Shown: positions 1-12,347 of the stretch, one piece after another
How positions within the stretch are numbered: position 1 is the first letter of the stretch
Layout of the letters: each line of letters opens with the position of its first letter
Assembly: GCF_000143415.4 (NCBI RefSeq)
Contig: NW_003314262.1
Location: 925,460 to 989,459 of the forward strand
DNA length: 64,000 bases
Reading direction: 5' to 3'
Source: Selaginella moellendorffii
Lineage: Eukaryota > Plantae > Lycopodiophyta
Made by a program: the position numbers and the translations under genes
Notes under the pieces: model-generated
Seen by the model: the letters and a program-made list of their open reading frames with translations, nothing else
Database searches by the model: none
What the model was told of the DNA's origin: nothing

Positions 1-35
1 AGCCCCCCCCCCCACGGGCCCCCCCCCCCCCCCCT

Positions 36-1040
36 CGAGAGATTGAATGGTCAATGCTCCTAATCCAAGTGTGGGTGGCACTACTTACTTAGATACATAG
101 TGTGTCTCATCAGAGACCAAGATTGAGACTAAGACTGAGTCTAAGTCTGAGTCCGAGTACAAATACAAGTTTGAGTCCAAGGGTGAAAGCTTAAAGCAAT
201 CATCTCCCAAACCCTCAGAGGTTTAATAAGTTCCTATAGGATAATAGGGGGAGAACTCTAGTGGAACTAGTTTGGCTAAGAGAGGCTAGTATAACCAAAA
301 AAGTCTATACCCATATGGTGGGTGATGATATAATTCTAAGGAGTTCAAAGCTAAAGTAAACATGTATAAACAAGTGGGGTAATTTGGTGAACTGCTCAAG
401 AGCTGGTTTTAGCTCCCTCAGAAGATCGAATGGTTGATGCTCTTGATGGCACTACATACTTGGATATCTAGTGTGGCTTATTGGAACCTCACTCTAGCCA
501 TATAACTAGGGCACCCAGAGGCAGTGGGGAGAGTACCCACAAACCTTGTGTAGGGCCGCAATGTTTCAAAATATTATCCCAAAGTCACACACTATGGAAA
601 GGAAGAGGATCATTCTTTTTACATAATGACCAAAAGCATGGTCATATGGTGAAGAAGTTCTAGAAGTAAATGGTACTTAATGGTCGGGCCTTCGAACCCT
701 AACCCAGTGGTAGTGTTAGTGAGCATAGCCATGGATGGAGAGGGACTTGGTGGGACTGAAGAAGGGACATTGGGGAAGAGTGCTCCCCATGTCTCTAGGC
801 ATTTTAAGGATGCTAAGGTGTGGTCTTAGAATGACCACTCATGGACAGATGGTTTAGTCTTTGAGAGATAGGATTATGGCATGGGTGGTCTTGGACTATC
901 AATGAGACAAGGGTAAATGAATATGCTCTTAACATAATGGGCTGATATATTAGTGGTACCTTTGGGGTGTTTGTAATAGGATCAGACACGTGGAGCACTT
1001 AGACTAAATGCAAAGGATGAGTGGCATAGATGCTACTCTT
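36..1040 (+). mobile_element. Decayed family-A LTR fragment (element sense on +)
   Basis: Reverse complement of the LTR at 53343-55061, e.g. tccaagtgtgggtggcactac (64-84), gggtgaaagcttaaagc (181-197) and cacgtggagcactt, with many C>T/G>A changes. Confidence 0.8.
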
Positions 1041-1042
1041 AG

Positions 1043-1492
1043 TGGGGAGTGACAAAAAGTGGGGCCAGAGGAAGTGCCTTTAGTGATTTAGCAAGTGTTA
1101 CACCAATTTTGTGACACTATACCAAAGGAATTACCATTACCCCATACTTGACCAATAGAACATAAGATTAAGTTAGTAGAAGGTGCTAATGCAATGGTTC
1201 ATCCCCCCTATTAATTAAACGAAAAAGAACTCAAGAAACTCAACTTAAAGAATTGGTTGATAAAGGGTATGTTAGGTTGACCAAGTCTCCATATAGGGCA
1301 TTGGTGTTATTTATGAAAAAGAAAGACGGCTTTATGCACATGTACATAGACTACCGGTTGCTTAACAAAAGAACAAATACCCTTTATCAAGGATTGAGGA
1401 CCTATTCAATAAGTTGGGAAAGGCAAAATACTTATCAAGAATTGACTTAAGGTCAAGATACTACCAAATCAGGATAGTAGAAGAAGATGTTT
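1043..1492 (+). pseudogene. Decayed Ty3/gypsy pol fragment (RT N-terminus), family-D-like
   Basis: Colinear with ~63250-63726 ([46 protein letters not shown]), with stops and frameshifts. Confidence 0.88.
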
Positions 1493-3059
1493 AACAACTT
1501 CACAAAGTTGAGAAAGAACTTTCAAGATGTTGTCGAGTAGATTGCTGCAGGTAACTGTAGGCTTGCACTGCTAGGGTCTGTGCCCAAATTCCAAATTTAA
1601 ATAAACACTGTCTAGTTTTGGAAAGCCTTCTTCTGTGAGGTGTAGCTATTTTGTGAAGCCAACAGTCAATATCCAACTGAATAAAGTCTGGATATTGTCC
1701 CATCCTTTCCTTCTTACTTGCTATAGTGTATTTCAGCACATTGACAAATTTAGGTGCCCCCAAGTTGCACAAAGATCCTCATATGTTCCAACGACCAGGG
1801 GAGTCATTCTTGTCTTGTTGCATCCTATCTTGCAATTGACTAGAGCATCTGCCCACAAGAATCACACAGTGTTGAGTTTCATACCACTGTCAGAAACTGT
1901 GTTATATTACTGTGATGTTGTAGCTGCAATTGATGCCTTTAAAATCTCTCATGGGTAGTCCTGCCAAAAAAAAAAATTTTAAAAAGTAAAAAAGAAAATG
2001 GACTTTCTATTCTAGCAATCTCCTCACAAACTGCCATTCAACTTCAATCCTTGAGCTCATAGAGCTTCATGATCAGTGGAATTTTAGTTTGTGTAGATAT
2101 CAAATATTTCTTTCTCCATCTTTTATAAGATATAATGATTCATAGTATAAAAGTTTCTACTCCGCCCAGCTGAGCTTGGTCCCAGCTAGTGTTTGAGTTA
2201 AAAATGACATTGAAAGAAAAGAGGTACCCATACAAAGATACACTATTTCATGGTTTCTGGTATTTCCTGAGCTTGCCACGTGGTAACCTTACAACTTAGC
2301 ATCGTAGCATCCGCCAGAACTAAATTGCTCAAATGTATAAAAAAAAGAGCAATTACAAAGGTAACAATGGAAGATAAACAGTGCTGCTTCTGTTCATGAG
2401 GTAAGCTTCACACCGGGAAGATAGCTAGCCAGTGGGAAGTATGCTGCTGCCCGGAGCAGGGTGCTGCAACATACCACATGCCAGGTAAAGGAACACCATG
2501 CGAGGGAAAACTTTACTATATGGTTTTCTGTGAGAAAGTCAAGAAGCATATGATTTTGGAACAAACTGTGGCAGCGAGAAAAGGCCGAGCTAGACATTTG
2601 ATCTCTCTTCTCAGTCACTCACTCGTTACTGTTATCTTCTACTTGCTCCATCAAGAATGCAGTTCCATGGTCTAGCCTTGTAACTGTTCCTTTCGTCATG
2701 TATTTTATTTTTTTAAACTAACCTTACACATGATATCATCAGATTGGCCATATACAGTTCCGGACAATGGTGTCTCGAGCTTATAACGACAGATCCAAGA
2801 CAACAACCATGGGTTTCCTGTGCTAAGTGTTAAAATTTACTCCTTTCGAATTCGTTTGTCTCTTAGTCGCTGGAAGCAAAACTTCCAGGCTAACTGTCTA
2901 CGTCAAGGTTAGCAAGTAAAAGAGCTGAGAATCAAGGGAATAGGATTCAGCTCCATCCAAATACCGGTCTAGGTTGTTGGGAATTTTCCTTCCATTTTCT
3001 TCAAAGCATTCCAACGACGCTTTCTGTTACGTGTTCTCTATTCTGGAATGGTGGCCCTG

Positions 3060-3200
3060 ATGACAAAGCTGTGTAAACCCAGAATCTCACGCGGACTTTG
3101 TCTCGCCTGGGTGAATCACTCCTTCCCTGGGCTCCACCTCAAAAGTTACATTTTCCAAAGCCGATTGCACATGAGCGTGGGAGGGATTCCGCAGGTTTGC
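3060..3200 (-). pseudogene. Possible ASH/MSP (PapD-like) domain fragment
   Basis: The ORF reads LRNPSHAHVQSALENVTFEVEPREGVIHPGET and an adjacent frame continues KVRVRF. This fits the L-x-N...F-x-V-x-P-x-x-G-x-I-x-P-G...V-x-V-x-F pattern. No full gene model could be built. Confidence 0.3.
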
Positions 3201-3461
3201 CCAAGGCCACAAAGGTACTTCTCGTAAGACCTGGTCATGCAAGTATCCACAAGCGACTTCAGAGATGGCTGAGCCATAAGCCACAAAAACCTGTCCCTGA
3301 AAATTTAAAGGCAAACAAAAGCTCGATAAACTTAGAGCTGATGGTTCAAGCTCTTGGGAACGACGATCAAAGAGAAAAGTCATAAACAGAAATACGAGCC
3401 TCCTCCCACACTCTTTTTAACCGCTTAGCAATAGAGGCATCGACTTTCAACTGAATAGGTT

Positions 3462-3469
3462 TAGGGTTT
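3462..3469 (-). promoter_or_regulatory. Telo-box (AAACCCTA) upstream of the KAP start
   Basis: TAGGGTTT lies 20 bp before the ATG at 3489. The motif is short and could be chance. Confidence 0.3.
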
Positions 3470-3488
3470 AGACCTGATTTCTATTACA

Positions 3489-6131
3489 ATGGCTTCCGAA
3501 AGACAAGGAGGCTGGGTGATGATACGGCAAAACGCAACAGAACAGGAGTTGGAACAGTTGGAGACTTGCCTTGGAAATCTTTATGAGGACTTAGACTCCA
3601 AGGTGGTAGTTCCACTTTCTGTTTCCTGATTTAAGATCTTCTTTACAGATCTATGCTACAAGTGTCATTTTGAAGCTGGCACAAAAAATAGAATGCCTGG
3701 CTGCGCTTGCAACGCACAGAAGTGCATTGGTTGCTTTTGATTATTGTCCAGGGGTTATCTCCACTAAAGTTTGCTCTCACAGTGCGCCCTCTCAAGAATA
3801 CTTCGTGAAGATGGGCAAAAGAGCTTTATGCTTAGGATAAATATAATATCAGTATTCTTCATCTTCTCATTTTTTAAAGATTTCCACCAGGTAAGTTGTT
3901 TTAACAGGCGGGTCCACGTTTAACATGAATTAAACTACACAGATTCTTGTGGCACAGAATGTTGGCAGAGCTACTCTGCAGGCATTATCTTCAGAAATCC
4001 AAATTATATTATCTCAGGTTTTCTTCGTATTCATAAAATTATTTCAATGAGTTTTTTTTTTTTTTTCCAGCTTATTCCAGACACGAAGAATGAAATTCGT
4101 AGACTCGACCAGGTTAATGAACATGGCATTCTTTTTTTTAAAAACCATTAGTATTGATCGATGCAGGAGAGGTTGTTGTACATGTCCCTCAGATTACTTT
4201 TAAATCTTGCACATAGTATACATATTGAAGAGAAAATGAAGAAGTTTTTTCTTGTGGTAAGATGCTTGCTTTGCCAGTAGTTTAACCATATCACTTCTTA
4301 GGAAATTCTTTGTAAAGTATTAGAATCTAGCAACACCTACCTACTCCTGACGTAAGTTCCAGAATATTTTAAGCGTCCCATCCATCAACATTTACAGAGC
4401 AATTATATTTCTGAGAAAGCTTAGCATTTTTAAGGAGAATAAGGATATTATGAGAAAAATTGGAGTAATTCCAATTGTTTCACACTTGTTACCTAGTGGA
4501 AATGAGGTCAGATTTTTCTTTACCTCTTGCGGCTTTAATTTGTTTTCACAGTTATTGGTACATCCTGTACTTGGACTCCTGCGCAACCTATCATTTGATC
4601 CACTTTTACGATCACAAATGGTGCTTTGTAAAGTGACAACTAAGATTGACAGTGCTTGTATTTTCCAGATAAAATGCAACCTAATACAAACAGTAGGAGC
4701 TCTTATCAATCAGCTTAAGTTTGAGCACGCAGTAAGTAATCGGCAATGGTATTTCCCATATGTTGATATGTTGCTTTCCCTTTTTGCTATTTAAGAGTTG
4801 CAGCTTTTTATATTGTATATCAATGGATGTAAGCCTCCGGTCCGCATTTGCAGAAACTGTAGTGGTGCCAAATCTTCTGAAGGTTATTTTCTAGAGCATA
4901 AAATCAGTATCAAATCAGATTCTGTATTAATAGATAATTCTGTCGGAGCCAATGCGCGATGTTCCTGAGGAAGTAATGGCTTTGTTTGTAAATTTGACTA
5001 CTGTCGTCCCAAATGCAGAGGTATTTGAGTTCTAAAATGTGCACACCAATTGAGAGACAGTTTTAGATCCTATGCAAGCCATTTGTTGTAGAAAAGCTTC
5101 TGAAACGTGCCACAACATTTTGCAGTTCATTGTTGTTTAAGGTCTATAAGCTGTTTTTCCAGTAATTTCTATATTATATTTGTACCTTTCAGGTCATTCG
5201 AAATGTCAGTCTTTTGGAAGAGTCAAAGTCATTCCTTTTATGGTAATGCATTTTTTAGCACTCCCATCTGAGGTTTGGTGCTTGCAGTTTTGTCCCAGAC
5301 CTGGTAAAGTTCTTTGTTCAAGGACAGCCCTCTATACAGGTTAGATTATGTATAACGGGAGCGATTATATCAACCGTTTCATAGGTGGAAGTATTAGGAG
5401 CATTAAATAATATGGTTTGGTTCGAAGAGACGACTGATGAATTAGTCCAAAGGGATTTGTTGCTAGCATTTGCACGAAACATACAATCTACAAACAACGA
5501 AATTCTACAAGAAGTATTTTTTTTCTTTCTAAAAGTATTGTTTCCATCAATACAATTGCTGCTGTGACAGATATGTATGTTCTTAGGTGCAGTTTCCTCC
5601 AATCGAACCGCACATATGATTTCAGAAGCCGGACTAGTAGGCCAAGGAAAACTTTCATACCTTTACCAAATACATAACATGTGCAGGCTGTTAAAATGTG
5701 TTCTGTGTTCTTGGAAAAGGCGAAGGGTGACTGCTTGATCAATCAGGTTACAAACACAATATTCTTTTGACTGCAACTCCAGTATATGGTTGTGCAGTTC
5801 TTATTCATGTTAAGCCGTTTTCTTTTGTTTGAACCCACACGAAAGGATATCTTGACTGTAAGTGACAGGGTAAGACTTACATTTTAATTCTTGGAGAATT
5901 TGCAATACTCTTATACAGATTGCAGGCTATGTTTTTAGTCTCACAAGGGTATGTCAAAGTTGCAAGAGCTAAATGTATCTTATGAAACTAAGTTCTCAGG
6001 ATTCAAACATAGCAGTGGCCAAATTTGCAGATACGTTGTTTAACATTCTCATGGAGGTAGACCATGACAACTATATGCATTTGAAGTACATGAGGTTCAA
6101 AGCTTTCAATAATATTGAGTACTTAGATTAA
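3489..6131 (+). CDS. KIFAP3: Kinesin-II associated protein (KAP/KAP3/FLA3), armadillo-repeat IFT motor subunit; ~20 short exons
   Basis: Manual GT-AG splicing (exon 1 3489-3602, exon 2 3649-3729, exon 3 3783-3890 ... last exon 6000-6131, TAA) gives LYEDLDSKIYATSVILKLA, ALSRILREDGQKS..NIISVFFIFSFFKDFHQ, QERLLYMSLRLLLNLA, FLRKLSIFKENK, LLRNLSFDPLLRSQM, VIRNVS and RFKAFN. These are colinear with recalled KAP motifs (LYED..K, ALARVLRED, QEQLLRVALYLLLNLA, FLKKLSIFMENK, LLLNLSFD, MIRNIS, KFRWHN). Confidence 0.92.
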
Positions 6132-6516
6132 AGTACTCGATTTTACCATGACATCAACATTGCCATTTTCCACAATGCAAGGAAAAGTTTCTCTTAGTCA
6201 AGGAATCCACAGCACATGTTTTGCCACCCTTAACCCCTACCCTTGCAAAAGAAAACTCTGCAAAAACCGGGAGGCTCGGGAATCTGTTCCTCTGCATTGC
6301 GGCTCCAAGGAAACTACTCCAGCTAAACAGTAGTGATTGGATCCAGTGCACGAGCTCAAAGTTTGGTGGCGGAGAGTCTTGTGCAGGTTGTTCTTAAAAT
6401 ATTTGTTGCATCATCTCCACCCTAATAAATCAGCCAAGGCCAAGAGCTGCCAGGATCTAGAAGCTGGCTACGTCTGTGCCAGCCATGTTCCTAGACTGGA
6501 TTTTTATGCGTAAAAG

Positions 6517-6616
6517 NNNNNNNNNNNNNNNNNNNNNNNNNNNNNNNNNNNNNNNNNNNNNNNNNNNNNNNNNNNNNNNNNNNNNNNNNNNNNNNNNNNN
6601 NNNNNNNNNNNNNNNN
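6517..6616. other. Assembly gap (100 N)
   Basis: Run of N. Confidence 1.
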
Positions 6617-6799
6617 AAAATGAAATCGACCAATAGTGAGAGATACTAAAGGACTACTTTAAAAAAGGAACATTGCAAAACTTTTGATCAACCTGCGGCA
6701 GGGCCACGATCACTCGGCCTCCAAAGCCTAGTAGGAAAAAAAAATAATGCTTGAGAGCTCTTCCGTACTTTGATTCACCACTCTGGTTTGCTGCCCTTC

Positions 6800-9782
6800 A
6801 GCCCAAATGGACAGCTAAAACACATGCATCCACAGTGCACGAATTGGTTTTTATCTCACAGTCAAGCCTCGTAAAAATTTTCTTTGAGAATTCGTTGTCG
6901 TTGGTATATTCAAATATTCACATCAAAAGTTTCATGCAACTTCTTTCCTAAAGTGTAAATTTTATAGCTTCAACTCCTGTGCAAGAACAGAAACTGAAGA
7001 GCATAATCTGCAAAGACTATGCATACCTTCAGTAGTTATTTGAGCAAATTAAAGCAAACTGGTGCTGCAGTAATTAAAAGCAGAAAGGACTGGGTTGACT
7101 TCGTTTTTTATGGACGTGGTCTGAGAACTGTGAGCGAGTGGTGCCATCTAATTTTCCAGAAGTTTTCTCCTAAATATAAATTAAATAAAAAAAGCTACTT
7201 TCATGTCAATCTACCTGTTTGGATTCTGGACGATAGTTTTCCAATTCATTTAGCTGTGCAATCCTCCTGCAAAGTTCGGCTCTCATTTTTGCTTCTGTTT
7301 GTCTCCATTCTTTCTCTCGTTTACCGATCTCTTCTGCATCAATAATCAATTTAGAGCAAAATAAACCACACCAGAGACCTTCGATTGACAACAATTCGCT
7401 GTCAACTCCTGCTACGGTCCTGTTTTGCTCTGGAGATTTGAAACGATTCTCAGTATTATTTGTTGCATTGGTCGGCGTATTTATTCTGTCCTGTAAGGGA
7501 GCAATGAACTCCATCTTTTTATTCTATCCTTTTCAGGCAAACCTTTTCGTCTTGAACAGAAATTTCAATTATATCTTGATTCATGGAATACTGTGGTTTA
7601 ATGTTTTGAGGGCTGCAAGAATTTTGTTAATGAAACAGTAAAAAAAAATCTTTACTTGCTTTTTTGCTGTAACAAGTGCATCCAGATTAGCTAAGCTTAG
7701 GTCTAGTTGGTTCTTTTCCTGTTTCAGAGCGGCATATTCTTGTTTGAGCATTTCATAGTCTTCAATAAGCCTAGAAAAGAAGAAATTATAACAGCGCAGA
7801 AGGAAAATTCATTTTACTTTTGATTCTCTTCGTGTTGTAGCTGAAATTTCCTTGACTGTGAGTTTAATGCGGCATCCTTTGCGTGTAAAGCTCTTTGGAT
7901 TTCATGAATCTGTCTTCTTTGGTTTTGCAGAATTGCTTCCTGGACCTTCAAATCCTCCTGCAATATACACCTTATAAAAAGATACTTGGTTCAACCGTTA
8001 CACCTTTAGCTGTTGATCTTCTGCAGGAGCCGATCCTAAAGTCTCAACCTCCTTCAGTTCGTTCAAGTTCTGATAAGTTGATACTTAAAATGGCGCATAT
8101 AGTTTACCTCTAAACCTCACCTTTTGAGTTTGAAGTTTTTCTGCTTGAAGCTTCTCGTTAAAATTTTCAAGCGAATTATATGCTTCCGTTTGTCTGTTTC
8201 TTCATTAAGAGGAAGCACAAAAGAGACTTATTTACTACCTCATAAGCGATGTCTGTAGCTGTTGTTCAGTAACCTGTAGCTGTCCAATCATACACTCTCT
8301 CTTCCACACCAATGTTTTCAGCTCATTACATAGTTTTTTTTGCGACTCAAGTTCCACTTCCTTATTTTGAAGAGAAGACTCCAGACTTTGCACTTGTGCT
8401 ATGAGTGCATCCATCTGAAGAATTTCTTAGATAAATCATGAGTTGTTAAAACCTGCGTACTTTATTCAGCATATGTTGTGGTGGTAATGCGTTGTTGTCT
8501 TTTTCTTGCAATTCCTGCTTCATGCTCCCGATAATTTCTTCTTGTCGATGTAACTCTTGTATTTGGCTGGCACTTCTAGCGCGAAGTAGTGTAATTTCAG
8601 TATCCTTTTCTTCTAGCTCTATATTCTGCATAGATGATCATTTCACGGACACTAAAAGATCACAGATTTTTCTCACATTTTTCTCTTGCGTCTTTTGCAG
8701 AAGAACCTGTTTCTCCTCATCAAATAATTTATCATGCCTGTATTGTCATGAAAAAAAAATACTTATGTTAGCACATGACATTTTCTGCTGTTTATAATGC
8801 ATGCTACATTTATTCAAGCAAGTAGCATAAGGCTTAACTGGCAGACATACGAGTCTGAGTGACTGAGCTTAAACTTGAACACAGAGTAACACTGTTGATC
8901 CAGAGTTGATGGTTTCATGGCAAGAGAATATGACATGTTAGCAAGCTGGTACCATGGCCTCCTTTACAGGATTGCCTGCAATGAAGGTCCTTATGTTTAG
9001 GTTTTGTCTTCTAGTAAAAGAAAACTGGCAGCAAGAGAAATAAGGTATAAAACGATATTATGCACAAAATCTAGCAAAATCAACAACAATGTGTGTGCCT
9101 TTCTTAGAGTTTAGTAGTCTCACCGTTCGAGGTCATTTTGTTTGTTTTGTAACGCCTGATGGAGCTGCCAAATGACTTGGTCCTTGGTCTTAATTGCCAC
9201 CTCCAACCTCTTAAACGCATCAGTTGATCGGCAAATAAGCTTGTTATGCTGTTGCTGGATCTCTACAAGCTGTAACTCCTTCTCGCTCAATTCCGCCCTC
9301 AAAGTCAACAGCTGATTTCCATATCCCTTTTGCTGTTCCCTAACTGAACGATCAATGCACGGATCGAAATAATTCCAACCTGTTCCTCTGGAATGACTGT
9401 TTCTTACGCCTTCCCTAGTAGCGTACTTCAACCCTTTCTCTTCCAAGGAGTGCTCTTGTTGGTGTTGAGCAAGTTCTGCCCAATATTTGGTGTTGCTGCG
9501 GCTACTACACGTCAAAGGTCCCTTCTGCAAGGTACTGAGCCCATTCCTTTCAAACAAAGCAGAAGGCATCTCACTACCTTCCTTCGCTTTTGAGACTGGA
9601 TTGAAGCGGCTTTCAGGACCGCTGAAGAATCCATCGTTGAAGGATCCAGATCTTCTGCAAACCGGCCCAAACCTGTCTCGCCCTCCAGACTTACGCAATC
9701 CCGTCTTGGCTATGCACAGATCCTTTGAAGAGTAGCGCAATGAGGGTTCCTTGCAATATTTCTTGGAGATCGGAGTAAACAT
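6800..9782 (-). CDS. Multi-exon coiled-coil protein of unknown function; 3' end approximate
   Basis: A long first exon runs from ATG 9782 to the donor at 9123 (...LRAELSEKELQLVEIQQQH...KTKDQVIWQLHQALQNKQ). Short exons follow with heptad-rich sequence: NIELEEKDTEITLLRARSASQIQELHRQEE, MDALIAQVQSLESSLQNKEVELE, EDLKVQEAILQNQRRQIHEIQRAL, LIEDYEMLKQEYAALKQEKNQL, EKEWRQTEAKMRAEL. Confidence 0.75.
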
Positions 9783-10887
9783 GAGAGACAGCAGCACGAT
9801 TGCTGCTATAAAATCTATTGAACTGCTGCACGCACATAGCTTACCAACACCCGCGAGAACCCTAAATCCATTAAACCGTTGCCGGGGGTGTTTATAAAAC
9901 TAAGGCCTTCACGGGGGGCGCCGAAGTTCGATTAAAAAGGTAGCACGATGCTTGTAAAAATGAGAAGTGCTGCTGAAAAATTTCTTCAATCATGCCCCGC
10001 ATTCATATTTATTTCTATATTAGCTCGATCCAAATTTGATCAGGTGCCTCACACATTGTTCTTGGATAGTAGGAGTTGGACTCGTGGAACAGTATCTATT
10101 CTCTACATAATGTTACAGTGAATAAGAAAAAGGCTCTGGAAGTGGCTAAGGTAGATTTTCATATGGGTTGGCAAGAACTTACATGGGATTTTCTCACGTG
10201 AGGTCATGCAGCATCCATGCGAGCAGCAAGGAGAGTGCGAAGAGGCTGCAATATGTGATTCTTGCCAATCAGCGAGAGATGTGCTTCTTGCTAATCCCTC
10301 ACAAGCCTGGCAAGCACAAACCATACAGCCGGATGCTAGATAAGATATCATCCATATTGCTGGGTGCTTGCTGGATCAAGAAGCAAAACCTTGGAATTTG
10401 ATTATATTGTCCCTTGCTTTAGTTTTTATCAGTTTGGCGCTCAAGGAATATGTAAGGAGGCAGATCTCGATGTATATTACTCTTTTAGTAGAGAAGCTAA
10501 CAATGCTATATTAACATATATAACTAACTTTATAACAATTAGCAAGTACTTTTGAGTGGTCTTTCTAAATGTGCTGAACTTTTTACTTTAAAAATGTGTT
10601 CATATTTCATGATATAAAACTTAGATAAATAATGCTAAGTACCATATAACCATTCATAGTTGTTTAGTTAATATGATATCATCAACATTTTTGAATATCA
10701 CAATTCCATCTACATACTGTTGTAAATATGTTTGTTAAATTGTTTATCACATTTTTGTTTAAATTATTTATATTATCTTTATTAAAGGTGTGATAAATTT
10801 CTATAATAAAATCATTAAAAGATTTTATAGTATTTAGATAGCATTATGGAGTAATTTAATAGCGATATCTTTAATAAATTGATAAAA

Positions 10888-10987
10888 NNNNNNNNNNNNN
10901 NNNNNNNNNNNNNNNNNNNNNNNNNNNNNNNNNNNNNNNNNNNNNNNNNNNNNNNNNNNNNNNNNNNNNNNNNNNNNNNNNNNNNNN
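10888..10987. other. Assembly gap (100 N)
   Basis: Run of N. Confidence 1.
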
Positions 10988-11077
10988 TTAGATTCATAAG
11001 AGGTCTCATTTCATGAAGTTGTCCATGATTAAAAATAGTTATATGGAGAAAATTTATGAGTTAGTAGAATTTAACTT

Positions 11078-11095
11078 TATATATATATATATATA
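11078..11095. repeat. (TA)9 microsatellite in AT-rich sequence
   Basis: Read directly from the sequence. Confidence 0.9.
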
Positions 11096-11789
11096 AAACA
11101 AGAAAATTAAGGTTTAAGATGTTGGTGACATAAGTTCAATATGTTGGTTATGAATAATTCACAATTCACAATTCATAATTTTCTTCCATAAAAATCCTCA
11201 TTCCTAATAAGTAATCTTGGATTGTACTTTTCTTCCATGTGCATTTATTTAGAAATATTAAAAACTAACCTTCTGCAATTAATAATTTTTTCTAAATTTT
11301 TTCTAAATTCTAAATCTAAAGAAAATTAAATATCCAAGTGAAAATACAAGTTATTGCATCTAATCAAAATGAGTATAAAAATGTGTATCAAAATAATTGC
11401 TAGGAATTTAAATATATTTTTTAGTGTCTGTAAAATATTAGTCAGATTCACAACTTAATATAATAACACTTACAGAATTTCCAAAATGAATTTCTAAAGA
11501 TTCTAACACTAACTTTCAAAACAGTAAGAAAGTTAAAGTACACTAAAAAATAAGAAATTTATAATATTATAAGTGGTTAGGGTTTCATTTGGCTTAGTAA
11601 GGGGTATAAACCTCTTATCCTCATAATGCAATATTATGCTAAATATTATGCTAAAAATTTTAGCTCTTATTATAAATATAATAATGTTATTTTCTAAGTT
11701 TATAACATTCTTTACTAGACTTATTTTGCTGGTAGTTTTGTGTAAACAAGTCTAATCAAAAGTGATATGCTTTTAATTAACAAGAAATC

Positions 11790-11948
11790 TTCTCACATAC
11801 TTAGCCCGGTAAGGAATTTCTGTCTTATTATGTCTTGCACTAGCTAGTGAGAAGAACCCTCACATATTGAGACTAGTCCCTCAACATCATTGGATGATAG
11901 GTTACCATGTCTACCAAACACCCTCACTATCATGCCTTTTGTGTTAGT
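11790..11948 (+). mobile_element. Decayed family-C LTR fragment
   Basis: atattgagactagtccctcaa...ccaaacaccctcactatcatgcc matches 16610-16682 and 17861-17935. Confidence 0.7.
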
Positions 11949-12347
11949 AGTTTTAATATTAGAAATTAATTTATGTTTCACTATTCAAAGAAATCTTTGG
12001 TGATATATATAAATTCATGAATTAGATGTTCATTTTTATAATTTTCCTTTTAAGTTTATTTTTAATTTTTTTATATCTGGATAATTGTATAAAAGTCTAT
12101 ATCAAGAATATATATAAATTATCACTATATTATTCATGTATATTGTTATATATTAGATCTAAGTTTATATTTATTTTATATTCATTAAAATTTAAGTTTC
12201 AATAATGTACTTTATAACATATGATAATGAAGAAGTACAAAGAATAAAATACAATAATAACACTTTTTTCATAAATGATAAACTTGATATAACAATGTTT
12301 TATTATATATTAATAATTATTATATAGCATTAAGTAAAGTAACATAA

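Noticed and set aside
1500-1963. Cys-rich minus-strand exons
   Set aside because: The acceptor at 1961-1963 looks real, but exon phases could not be reconciled and no family was recognised.
10000-10560. Small gene divergent from the coiled-coil gene
   Set aside because: Some splice-like signals, but no coherent frame or recognisable domain.
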